DNA of 64,000 nt from Paragordius varius (lineage: Eukaryota; Animalia; Nematomorpha): contig OZ176054.1 in NCBI GenBank assembly GCA_964247055.1, positions 1,922,001 through 1,986,000 of the forward strand, written 5' to 3'. The translations under genes and the position numbers were made by a program. Positions 51,528-63,780 of the stretch are shown here, piece after piece. Within the stretch, counting starts at the first letter, position 1, and each line of letters starts with the position of its first letter. The notes under the pieces are model-generated. The model was not told the origin of the DNA. It ran no database searches and saw only the letters and a program-made list of their open reading frames with translations.

Positions 51528-54500
51528 CATACCTGTTTTGCTATTATCCATTTACTCCCCTTTGCACCCGTGTGTGATCGGGCCCATACATTAACAATAC
51601 ACCCTTTGTGGGGCAAAATGTAACATTGTATGAGATTGTGAAAGAAATGATTGACTAGAGATAATTGAATGAGATCACAGGCCTCCAAATTTTGGACAAT
51701 AGCTAAGATGAGTTCCCATGGTAACGTATCCATTGTCGCAAGCTTGTGTTCAGTTTTTCTAACTTTAGATTGCATAGTAGTTTTCAAATCTATAGAGTTT
51801 GTAGGATTTGATAACACCAAAGGCGTTGGACGAAAACGGAAAGATTGAGCACTAAGGTCAAAAGTGATGGAGCCTGGTTGTTGAGCCATGCATGGAATTA
51901 GGCGATCCACATAAAAATTACAACATGTTGTTTGAGAGGCGTAATTAGGAGTTGTATTAACATTATTATCATTGAATGACAAAGTATTGTGATGAGCCAA
52001 GGCAAGGGGACATCTAACAAATAATTATAATAAGCTATCGCACCACATAGAATTTTGAAAATTGTGTAAACTAATAATTGGAAAGGCGTCAAACCTTAAT
52101 TTATTTTAAAATATTAAAGAATAGTCATAATTTGATCATTTGCTCTAGAATACCTGTGATGTAAAAAAATGTTAAAAATTATGTTCTCTCCTGGGATATT
52201 TCATACAATCAATGCTTTAAACCATGGGTATTCAACACACACAGCCCTCCAAAATGTTTCTGCGGCCCACAAGAAGTTTCAATTACAATTTACGAAATTT
52301 AAGTAAACTTGATTTTGTTAAACAAACTTTTATATAAATTTTTCCGAATTTTAACATAGAACTAGCAAAAACCGTTAAAATAAATAGTGTAGTTTTTACA
52401 GTTTGATATTTAAAATGTAATAAAATAGTTAATGTCCATATATTTTGCGAATGTGGCCCGTCGGATTTTTGACCCGAAAATGCGGCCGTGAAGTCAACTA
52501 TGTTGGAAATTCCTGCTTTAAACCAGTATATTTTTTATAAAATTTTTTTTAGCAAAAAAAGCACGCGTTTTCAAAATGTGGAAACGCTTTCCAAATCATA
52601 TCACATTTATAAATTTTTGGACATGAGAATCTTTGCACTAAAATACAAATCAAAAACATTTAAAAAACCATTTTTTTTTTCATAATAATAATTTTAATTC
52701 GGCTCATAGGTGTGTAACTAAAACTAACCTATGTATCATCCAATCATCCAGGTAACTTTCAATTTCACAATGTACCGATTCATAGTGTTGAGCAAACGTA
52801 TCACGACGTACACATTGACCACAACAAAATTCTTGCATTTTACCCGCATACAAACCATACCGTGCCACAGAATGAATTTGACGGCCCAAAAAATCATCAT
52901 TGCTAATCTTTTTATCAGATTCTAAAGTCGCGTTGTTTGTTACTGAACTTTTATTTTTAAAATCCGTGTTAAAACTATGGGGAGAAGGTAAGAACAACGG
53001 TGGATTAATTGTTAGCTGTTTAACCTTGTCATGATGGTAAGCTTTATTTGATTTGTTTTCACGGTGATTGCATATATGATTTGTGTTAAATATCACACTA
53101 TTATTAATAATTTCATTATTTTTATTATTAGTTTTAAAATCAATAATATTTCCATACAATGATGTGAAATTCGTAACATTGATATTATTGTTCGTTTTTT
53201 CATTATCAGCATTACAATTTGCGCTATCATTAATCTTCTTTGCACCATTCATGCAATTATATGATTTGGAAGATGTTGTTTTTAACATTGAATTAAGAAG
53301 CCTATTTTTTAGTAAAAAATAAAAAATCGAATAAATATATATACAACTAAATAAATCACGAGATATATTCGGAATTTATTGTCAAACCTTTGAATTAAAA
53401 GCTATAGATATTTTGGTTAAAAATCTTAAATAAATCCAGAAAACTTGGGCAAAATTCAAATTCAGAAAATATTCAAAAATACCAAATATTTACTTTTCAT
53501 CTAGTTGAATATCATTTGTTTTGAGCAATGATTTAGTTGACTCGTTACAATATGCGATACACCCCTGATTATCCATACAGTGTTGTTCGGCATGATTGAT
53601 TTCACATGCAGTTTTATCATCATCTTTACAATAAATATCGTCTGTCAGTTTTGAATGATGAAACGGTAATGAAAATTTAATATTTATGGGTTGAAGGAGG
53701 CCCGTTATAACGTTGGACGGGATAGGGTTAAGCGATTTAATCGTGCGCTTTGAATAGCTTAGAATTATATCGTTTTTTCCCTTCAATTTAGTATTACAGT
53801 TGCTGATATTTTTAGTGTTCTTGGGATTTAGATTATAGGATGATGCTAGAGATGCTCTCCTACAAGCATGAATGCTATTTTCCGCCCTCTTAGCCAACAA
53901 ATGTTCGTATAAAGATCGTGAACGTCTGTGCCGGCAATCATTAATAGATTTTCCATGTTTGACACGCATCTGTTTTAAGGTTTCTGCCATGATTTGTTCA
54001 TCATTTGCATTTTGATTTATATTATTGCGAATCCCAATGATTTGAGGGTTTTGTCGTAAAAAAGTTATTTGATCCCGTTGTCTGAGATAATCATCAAGGG
54101 CCAATATAGTTTCGGGATTTTTTATAAGACTTACACAAACAGAAGGGGAAGGACAAATGTCTTTTGAGTAAAAATACATTTGTTTTGCATCTAATGGTAA
54201 TTCGCTTAACATAAGCTTATCGCTGTCTGCATTTTTAGACCCAAAGGTTTCAGGGAGGATTTTATAGTTTTGCAAGTGATTATTGGTGACTCTTTTGTCA
54301 TGATAATCCTTACCTAAAATCTTATTATTGCACTTATTTATGGAATTCATGAAATTGGATTCACTAAATTTGATAACGCCGCTATTGGGAGAATGATAAA
54401 TCTCCTGCCTAATGGCTTCATCTAAAGAATTATTGTTAACGTTCATTTTGGTGCAACATGAACAAATAATGGTATTATTTGACCATTCTAACTCTTCGCC

Positions 54501-55534
54501 TTCTTGTGGGGTAAGATTAAACTTCTTTTTGTCGAGCACATCATGATTACCAAAATTGTTATTAGAAGACTTAGTAGGAGTGAAAGAAATCGGTTTCATC
54601 CAATTTCGTTTAACAGTTCCAAACTTTTTGGACTCCTTAGCAGGGTTTGGAATCAATTTAAAATCTGCGTTCTCTGGTTTTTGCAATAATTCAATGTTGG
54701 GTAGGAGTTTTCTTACCCATTTGAAAGTACAACAAACTACACTGCAAGGACAATGTTGCAAATGAGAAGATATACGCTCCCTGGCCAATTTTTGAATACA
54801 TCCGTTCTCACGGTTCGGACAATTAACTAAATTGTGTGGACAGGTGTAAGCTAAATGTTCAGCCAGCTTACATTCATGCATGAGGTGTAGACACTTTGGC
54901 GCATACTTGCAAGCAATGATTGGACACTTGAGTTCTGAATGGGTCAGTGGTCGTGATGATTGTTCAACATTTGAGCGACAAAATTTATTGGTTGTTGAGT
55001 TCTTTGCTGTAGTATTTGTGATATCTGTTATAGCATGTGTTTGTAAAAGTAAAGAGATGTATATATAAATAATTTAAAGTGTTTTTTACCTCTTAAATAT
55101 GGTTTGATTAATCTCAATGATTGTGATAATTGACATTGTTTCAAATCGACACAATTATTACAATGTATGTGATGTATATTTAAAACCGACAGCATTGAAA
55201 TTTCTTTGGTGTCAACTTTTTTACCTGAGTGGATACATACAGTATTTTGGGCTAAATCTTTAAGACTATCCCCAACACCAAGATAAAAGTTGGGTTTATA
55301 ATTTTTGTTGTTCCTTTCACCAATGTAATTTTGTTTTAAAGTTGAGTTATAATTAATCTCATGATTACGAATATTATTGAATTCATTTACCGAGTTTGTG
55401 TTAAATTCGCTCGTGACACTCAAAGAATATATAGGGTCTGGTCTCATTAGTAAAATTTGATTTGTCCAAAAATTTGTATTCATATTTGCATCAATTAAAA
55501 AAGTATTTTGGCAGGATTTATCATACAATGTCAT
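50161..55534 (-). CDS. F-box protein with TRAF-type zinc finger, FBXO30/FBXO40 family, 6 exons, 1133 aa
   Basis: Exons 55534-55090, 55024-53494, 53301-52729, 52013-51533, 51083-50964 and 50412-50161 (3402 nt). HIHCNNCV...MHECKLAEH...CPHNLVNCPN...GC...HLQHCPCSVVCCTFKW; FCCGQCVRRDTFAQHYESVH...WMIHRCPLA; F-box LPWELILAIVQNLEACDLIQLSLV; C-terminal GWKF...IAKHLQSCPLN. Confidence 0.92.
52223..52515. mobile_element. hAT (Charlie-like) MITE with intact 8-bp TSD, in an F-box gene intron
   Basis: catgggtattcaac ... tgcggccgtgaagtcaactatgttggaaattcctg, flanked by ctttaaac at 52215-52222 and 52516-52523. Confidence 0.85.
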
Positions 55535-57295
55535 GTTGTAGTTTATAATGATTCCAAGTTAATAATTAAGTATAATTAAAAAAAAATAAAAACCATCCGT
55601 TTTCAATTGCATGATAGTTGGAGAAATAATTTGGAAGATATTGAAAGAAAAATAACATTGATATAATACATAATTATTAATTTTTTAATGAGGGAAGAAA
55701 CCATTGATTTACAAAAACAATATTTATATTATTTATCATATTTATCCACTTTTATATAACATTGTGCGAAATTGATTTAAACTTTAGGTGCCTTTATTGC
55801 CAAATCTTGAAAGTTTTATTGTTTGTTTGTTTAGTATAATATAACAAAGTAATTGATTATTATTTGTCACTATATGGTATAGAAATATGGGCATGGATTG
55901 ATTTTCTTGAGCAATTTAATAATATTTGTTGCAGATACTAAAATTTTTAATTATTTAAAGCGCACATATGATTTAAAATGCGAAATAAAAACAAATGATA
56001 ACAATATGTTATTAACATATACCCATTGATATATTTAACCCAGAGCATCAAATATTGTTTTATCTGAGATAAGCCAGATTAGTTCTATTGCTTTAAGTCG
56101 AATTCTTATAAAAAAATTTATGGTAATGCATAAAATTTATATTGAATTTTATCGTTACAAAATTGAATAATTTTTATAATAAAAACAAATTATTGTAATA
56201 GGTAAATATGTTAATCTTTAATAATGAAATTAATTCTTGAGGACTAACTTAATTTAAGTCTCGAATCAAACCAATTTTTAAAATATAGCAATATGAGTTC
56301 CATAACACTGCTCCTTGGAGTATGCAAAATATCCAAATAATATATATATATATATATATATTCTGATCTCATCAGGATTAGAGTTTTTTGGGGCCCTACT
56401 ACAGATATAGAGCGTAATGCCACTTTTGTGCTCCATATCACAAGTGATAAAATTTGGGCACATTTTGAGAAATTAAATTTTTTACTTAAAGCCAAAAACT
56501 TCAATTAAAATTATCGTTAATATTGACTGCATTCTAAATCAGGGCATAAAAAAATATTCTGATAAAATATATGTATTTTAGTTAATAGCCTCTTATAGTA
56601 CTTTTGGTTTTAAGGTTTACGAGTGGTAAATAAAAGTTATTTACACTTTTGTAGTAAATGCACAATATAAAATCGCAAAGTTAGCGCACATCGTGTTTGA
56701 TAATTTTTTTAGTAAACTTAATGTTTATTCTGAAAAAATCATAAAAATAGATGAATACTCATATTTAAAAAAAATTATATTTTTATAAAATTTATACTAA
56801 TTTTTTTCTTCTCTGAAATAAACCAGTTCTTTAACGCAACCGAGATATTACGAAAAAAATATTTATATGCTTTATTATGGCATCATTATACATTTTTGTG
56901 AAAAAAGGCATAGTTTGCTCAAAAAATAAATTTATGGCAATATTTTGTTTAAGCGTACATTTTTCTATTTAAAGAGTATGATAGAAAATGTATATAAACG
57001 ATATATATTATAAAACCATTTTATTATATAATTCGATGATGCTGAACATTGTATCGTCTCAATTTTTTAAAGAATATTCGTTAGTCGTATATGGTAAATA
57101 TATTTTACAAAATTCACCCAAAGGAAACTACTTAATTCTGATTTAAGAGAAATGATCGTCATCTTTAAACTACATGAACAAAGAGTTTTATAGATGTTTT
57201 TCCGTTTCCACCAAGCGTCAAATATTAAACAACACGCTTCTAGGTTTTGCTATGAATTGAATTTTAATACATTTATCTACCAGAATATATACATA

Positions 57296-57910
57296 TATAT
57301 CATTTGCACTTCAAGAGTGTCCTTGAACACTTCAAGTTAGTCCTTGAACATTTCAAGTTGGTCCTTGAACAATTAAGTTGGTCCTTGAACACTTCAAGTT
57401 AGTCCTTTGACTTTTTTGTTTTGTTTTTAACTTTTATCAATCAAATTGTAAATAATTCATCTATTTTATTGTTTTTAACCTATTTTCTATTATTTAACAT
57501 AAATTTTAAATCGATATCAACTTTTAATCTTTGAGAAACCGTATATCTTTATTAATTTCTTAAAATAATTTTGGATATTTATTATTTTAGCACGAAATAA
57601 AAAAATTTATAAGTTTTCTAGGTTATTAATTAAAATTTTTCATTAAAAACATTTAAAGTCAATAATTTTGTTAAATTGAAAAAAATAGTTTGAAACAAAA
57701 AAGTGGTTTTTCAATAAAAATTTTATTTTTAAATGAAATATATAAAAATAAAGAAAATTAGGTTAATAAATAATAAAATAAAAAAATAAATGCAAAAATT
57801 ATGGTTAAATCAAAATTTATAAATTTTAAGGTCCAACTTGAAGTGTTCAAGGACCAACTTGAATTGAAGGAACAACTTGAAGTGTTAAAGGACACTTTTG
57901 AAGTGCAAAT

Positions 57911-57916
<6 letters not shown>
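57296..57916. mobile_element. MITE related to the TACCATTTAC family, with a different 21-bp subterminal repeat
   Basis: tatatcatttgcacttcaa plus about 5 units of ccttgaacacttcaagtt(a/g)gt; inverted arm ...aaggaccaacttgaagtg...gaagtgcaaatggtata; sits in (TA)n. Confidence 0.8.
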
Positions 57917-57944
<28 letters not shown>

Positions 57945-59173
57945 AAAGATATTTTTGTGTGAACTGTCTTATTTATTAATAGCATTAAAAATTGTCGAAT
58001 TGGGTGTGCTCTAGGTAAAAAAACAACACAAAATTTTATTTTAGCAAATATGTAAAGAGATTTGAAAGAATATTATATTGTCAAACTCCTCTACTGGCCC
58101 ATTCACGATTTTGGATTTGTATAAAATAATAGACGTAAGTAAAAATATTTGGTTGAAAAATAAAATTGAAAATGCTTATTACATTTTCCAAATTTCTTAT
58201 AGCTGATTTTGAAATAGGTTGTTTCCAATTGAATTTGCATTGGTTACAAAATTGTAAAAAATAAGTATTTTTATTTATTATTAAGAACACAATGAACATT
58301 TGGAATCAGGTGACGAATATGTTTAAAAATTATAATTCTGAGGTCATAAAATCTATAGCGGCATCCAAATTTTTAAAAGTGCTAGGCAATGTTTTAAATT
58401 TTTAAGATATCACAAGCCCCAAATTTGAAAGACAGGAGAATCCTGATACATTCTAACATAATTATTTTGATGAGATTAAAAAATATTCCCAAGTTTAATT
58501 TAACCTAAAAAGCGCCAGACTAAGGATTCATTAATTAAATCGCGATCGCCTCAAGTTGTTCTTGCAAAGATTTAATTGGACACATGTATTTTTTTAATTA
58601 TTTTGTGTAAAATATGTTAAACGCAAATGGCGATAAACAACCTTCAAAGCACATGTGAAGCACGGGCGGTAGTGTTTTTGATTGAATTTTAGGTAAAGGA
58701 ACTATATAAAAATTGATTTATTTAGAGAAATTTATATGGATAAATAATAGTGTATAATATAAAATCTGTTTTAAAGTTTCAGTCAATGAGCCAATTCAGT
58801 TAGAAGTTTATTTTTGATGGTCATAAATTATATCGGGAAGCGATTTTTTATATACCAACAAAATTTCGAATTCACAATATTTGGTTATGAACAAATATAA
58901 ATTATAAATTGTTTTAATTAAAACATTTATTTTCTTATACCATTAATATTAATTATTTAATTAATAATGGATGTGTGGCAATTTCTTGCAATAGGAGGGA
59001 ATTTTTTAATGTCATATCTGAAATTTCATCCCTGAGTTTTTTATTTATGTAAGTTAATATGGATTTTCGTTTAATTTCTTTGTCAATGTCGTTTGCTCCA
59101 TATAGGGTAGATCTTAAACTCTGCAGTAATGTATATTAAATTGAGAATATTTTAATTTTTTTATAAAGATTAA

Positions 59174-59506
59174 TATACCATTTACAGTTCAAATTCACCC
59201 TTAAATAATTCATATTCACCCTCAAACAATTCAAATTCACCCTCGAATTCAAATTCACCCTAAAATAAATTAAGGTTTTTTAATATTTTTTATTTTTTAA
59301 AAAAATAAAATTTTGATTAAAATTAAAATAATACTGAAAAATTATTAAACTATGCCATTAAGATATATTTCATATTAATGATGAGTTATATTAACCCGAA
59401 AACCATAATGTTTTTAGGGTGAATTTGATTTGTTCAAGGGTGAATTTGAATTGTTCGAGGGTTAATTTGAATTGTTTAAGGGTGAGTTTGAATTGTAAAT
59501 GGTATA
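59174..59506. mobile_element. MITE, TACCATTTAC family (copy C, best preserved)
   Basis: tataccatttacagttcaaattcaccctt... x4 and ...agggtgaatttgaattgt x4...gtaaatggtata. Confidence 0.85.
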
Positions 59507-60129
59507 GTATTGATAGATAAAACCGTTTTGTTATGGGTGTTTCGTCCATTTTTAAGTTTGTCCATGGGAAAAAGGGATAATTTTTTACGGACATTGCTTA
59601 TCACACACTCGGGATTATGGCAGTATTTTAATGTGACCAGATATTTAGAACACTGGCGCAGTACAAAATTAAAACATACTTTGCCTATTTTTTAACCGGA
59701 TTTTCGGTATTTTATATTAAATAATATTGTTCGTTACTATTTTTAAGCTCATTAGAAACAATTAAAATATTAAATTTATTAAAAATTTAATATAAATGTA
59801 TGTACATATAATTATATTATATGTTATATATATGGGTATATAATAATAATACTAGTGTAAATCTCGTGCTGCTACGCAGCCCGAAGAAGTCCTTCGGACT
59901 GGGGGGGGGGGGGGGGCTATTTGAAAAAAGTGACAATAAAATGATCCACATATGTGGATTATTTCGAAACATTATTTATTAGCTATGATCTCATAGGAAT
60001 TTCAAAACGGTGCATTCATACTAATATATTGTTTACTTGGGCGAAAAATAGATTCAAACAATTACTTTTAAATTAATTTGGAATAATGGCATTTTACGGG
60101 AGGAGCGGGTAAAAAGAGGGCCTTAATTT

Positions 60130-61012
60130 AAAAAGCGAGCCGATTATGTTTGGCGCAATCAAAAATAAGTAAACAAAAATCATATTTGAAATTGAATGGT
60201 CCAACACGTTTCCAGAAAGTTGTCTCAAAGACACGATTTTTGTAAACTTCTGTTTTCAAAAAAAAACGTTTTTTACACGGGGTGGGCCCGAACTGGGGGC
60301 CTAATTCAAAAAAGAGCGAAGCTATTGTCGAGGCATTCATTAATGATCATATTTCTTCGACATTTGGATTTGAATGGATCTACCGGTTTCCCGGAAATAG
60401 ATCACCAAGCCACTACTTTCCATTTTTATAAATATATAGATTATAATGGTATGTTTGTTTTAAAAAATGCTAATTGTCAAAAACAATATTATTACCAAAT
60501 ATATGATAATAAAAATAGAGGGAAACAATATATCTGGTTTTTGTAAGATGTTGCTGTGCAGATAAAATCATTCACACACGATCTTATGAAAGTTCTGTTC
60601 CATAGCTTTTTAGAAAAAATGACTATTTGACAGCAGGTAAAACTATGCGTTGATGAAAAAAAGATAGGTAAATGGATAGAAAATTATTTAAATGCCGACT
60701 TTGCTACAGTGTAAAATTCAAAAATAATTCAAATAGTTTTGAGTCTACCCAATCAATGGTATATGACATGACATAATTATTGAAAAACAATTATTTTTTT
60801 ATAATAGTAATAATATCTAAAAATAATAAATATATATTTTTCGGATTTATGTAATTGTCCCAATAATTTATGGTTTTGCGAAATTTTATCTAAAAAAGCT
60901 TCACAATTTTCTTCTGTATTTTTGATTATTACAATTGCTTTCAAGGTATCTATTGTGAGTTGTGTTTTTTCCGTAGTCCATATTTTGTTTATAAGAAAAG
61001 GCACGGAAAAGA
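60130..61012. pseudogene. hAT transposase relic; N-terminal and middle parts on +, C-terminal dimerisation region on -
   Basis: Plus strand: WART...KSEAIV (cf. CARTKSEAIV), VDEKKIGKWIE, KIIQIVLSLP (60721-60750). Minus strand 61010-60780: RAFS/LINKIWTTEKTQLTIDTLKAIVIIK...LLGQLHKSEKY (cf. ERVFS..N..WT..K..L...T.KA...SEKY). Confidence 0.7.
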
Positions 61013-61996
61013 AAATTAAAATGAAAAGAATTAATAAAAAAATTATTATGTGTGTGTGTGTATGTATGCCAAAATTAAAATAGATCTATAAATTTGTTTA
61101 TGCACAAAAGAATGAAAAGAAAACTGGATACAAATTAAAGTTTAGGGAAGCAAAAAATTAAGGAACATACCTCCCACCCAAAACATAAAAAAGTTGTTTT
61201 TTCCTAGAAAAAAAGGGTTATATCGAAACCAAATATAATGAATTTAAATAATATATTGCGGAAATATAAAAATTTTCCGTTTGATAATTATAATTAAAGT
61301 AAACTCAAACAAAATTTAATTAAGCTGAAACCTATATGAAACAAAAATGAATTTTCAAAAGAACAAATTACTAAATTATTAATTTATTTTGTGTTTATTT
61401 TTGAGGTCGCTTTTGCGGAAGCCCTCAGTGAAAGGTTGGCCTAAATCTGGAATCTGATATTGATAGTTCTGCCATTTCGCGAATGGCTGCATTCATAAGC
61501 GATTTGACCGGTCCAAAACCCAACTCCATGTATAATTAGAGCAAAAAATAAAATATTGAAATTAAAAGCCAGAGTTTTTTAGAGCAAAAAAAAACCATTT
61601 ATTTATTTTAACTAAGGGTACTCTATCGAATTCTACAAACAAAACTTGTATAAATAAATGGTAATTAAAACATATTTATAAAAAAATTATTTCAAAAGCA
61701 GTACAAAAGTCAGCGCAGTACGGGCGCGGTTTTTTTTCGAAAACCCAGTACTGTACTGCGAAAAACAGCCTATCTGGTCACTTTACAGTATTTAAGACTC
61801 ATTAATATGGACAAAATATTATCATCCGTTAGAAGATGTTGAAAGTGCTAAAGATAAAACATATTATTTTGAAGGGATCAAATTAGTAAATATATAAATA
61901 TTCATCTAGAATAAAAAATATTTTTAAATTTCTTAAAGTGGATTTTACTGAGTCTGTTCCATTATATTATAGGCTATATAAATTTTAATATAAATG

Positions 61997-62625
61997 CCAA
62001 GTGTAGTCATAAGTACTGGTTTTTTAGAAAAAATTTATAATATTAAAGGCAATAAATTATTTATTATATTCATATTTTAGATCTGATTCTACACATTTCG
62101 CCCATCTTTTAGGCATAAGAATGTCGTGCCAAAAAAACTGAAACACTTTTGCTGGAAATTATTCGTCAAGGCATTCAACACCTTCGATATTGAGGTGCTT
62201 TTCTGCAGGGTGCCCATCGATGCGAAGTTGGATCAATAAGATGGCGCTAGGTCAGGATGTGAAAAAATGCTTTAACAAAAAGGGTTTTTTCACTGTTTCG
62301 CTGTGTGAGATGGAACATTGACATGGAAAATGACTTTGCTATGTCTTCTAGCCAATTTCGCCCGTTTTTCAATTAATGCATGGTTTAAGTTAATCATCGT
62401 TTGTTGGTGTAGCGTTGTGCATTAACGGTTTCACCGTTTAATAGTTCACATGCACAATACAATCTCGTCTCAGAGGGAGAGAGCATGGTCTTTTTGCCAA
62501 AGCGATTTGGTCTGGGTGTTGACATCACCCCTTACAAGCCTTTGCAAACATGGTTTTCTTTTATGACGCAAGATTCTAAGCTTGCGAACTTAGATTTGTC
62601 GTTTAATTAAATTGTGCAACTTATG
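61997..62625 (-). pseudogene. Mos1-like (mauritiana-type) mariner transposase relic with TIR remnant
   Basis: Broken peptides RHKRKPCLQRLVRGD, PRPNRFGKKTML, ELLNGETVNAQRY, INLNHALIEKR...KVIFHVNVPSHTAK, HPDLAPSY, PKRWAKCVESD, collinear with Mos1. ccaagtgtagtcataagtactggttt at 61997 resembles the Mos1 TIR (CCAGGTGTACAAGT...). Confidence 0.85.
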
Positions 62626-62970
62626 TGTATTTGTCGTTTCATGTTAGTTAAACAAACTGGAATTTGCATCAAATTGATTGTCTGCTTATTTTTTGCTGAC
62701 GTCTTCAGAGGTAATTACATTCTTACGGTCTAACCCAAGGTTAGTTTAAACAGAAATACATTTTTTCATTAATATTAAGTCAATGTTTTGACATAAGTTA
62801 AATATTTAAGACGAATAAAGAAAATAATAAAAGGAGAAAACATATCCATTTTTCTTTTTATAAATAACTGAAATGTCCAAAAAATTTCCATTATAATCTT
62901 TAAAACCCTCTTCGTGTCAAAAAAAAGTAAAAACAAGCGTGACATCTAAAAAGAGCAATAATTATTTGGA

Positions 62971-63470
62971 TCATATTAAATAACATTCATGATCAATATT
63001 TACGTTGTCCGGCGGTGTCTGAGTAGATTTTGAAACAGTTGGTACACTCGGTGTTTTTTTTTGATTTTGTATTATCGTGCAACTCGTTTGAGTATGTATG
63101 TCCCTTCGTGTTAAATGAGCTTTTTTGTCAATAGGTGGGATAATATTATTTTTTTCCTTCTTGGATAACACAATTTCTTGAACTCTTTCGCTAACATCAG
63201 CGTATTCATCATTTCTATCGCAAACTCTGTTTGTAGAATGACAGTCCCCTCCATTGTTATCTTCAAAAGTTAGCAAGTAACTGACACTCCTTTTCCCATC
63301 AGCTTTTTCTAAATCGCTAAGTCTACGAATTCGATATATAGGCAATTCCTCATCCACATTCATCAAATATTGATTTATCCAAGTGTCTCTCATCAATTTT
63401 TCAGCCATATTATTAGTTTGAAATGTTTTATTTTCACATTCAATACAGGTTTGACGATTGTATGGAATCT
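62971..63470 (-). CDS. Exon(s) of an unidentified gene entering from beyond the right edge; largely disordered protein with two TQT motifs
   Basis: Open frame of more than 165 codons, GC-richer than its flanks, with a possible acceptor tttaaataag| near 63470; contains RRDIHTQTSC and VSKSTQTPP. No family recognised. Confidence 0.55.
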
Positions 63471-63780
63471 TATTTAAACTTTTTCATATTTATATGCTGA
63501 CAATTCTACATTGTTGTGATTGTTAATTTTACTATGTTATAACAATCGATTTGAAAATTTGATATTTTAAAAGCGAGTTGAAATTGGTACGCTACAGAAC
63601 ATGGGGTTCATATATATATGTATATTATAGATTATTTTTCATATTTGTTGGTATTTAAAATTACATATAAAACCGAAAAACATTGATTTTTAAGTGTTTT
63701 TTATAGTATGTAAAAAATATTTCAAGACTATGTATAATTTACAATGCAAAAAACAAAAAAAAATTAAATTTGACTAAATA

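Noticed and set aside
57301-57410. Regular 21-bp repeats superficially like a CRISPR array
   Set aside because: No unique spacers, mirrored at 57830-57910 as an inverted arm, and in a eukaryotic context; these are MITE subterminal repeats.
61390-61530. GC-richer segment, minus frame MELGFGPVKSLMNAAIREMAELS...
   Set aside because: It could be an exon of the right-edge gene or a transposon fragment; no phase-consistent link or homology was established.
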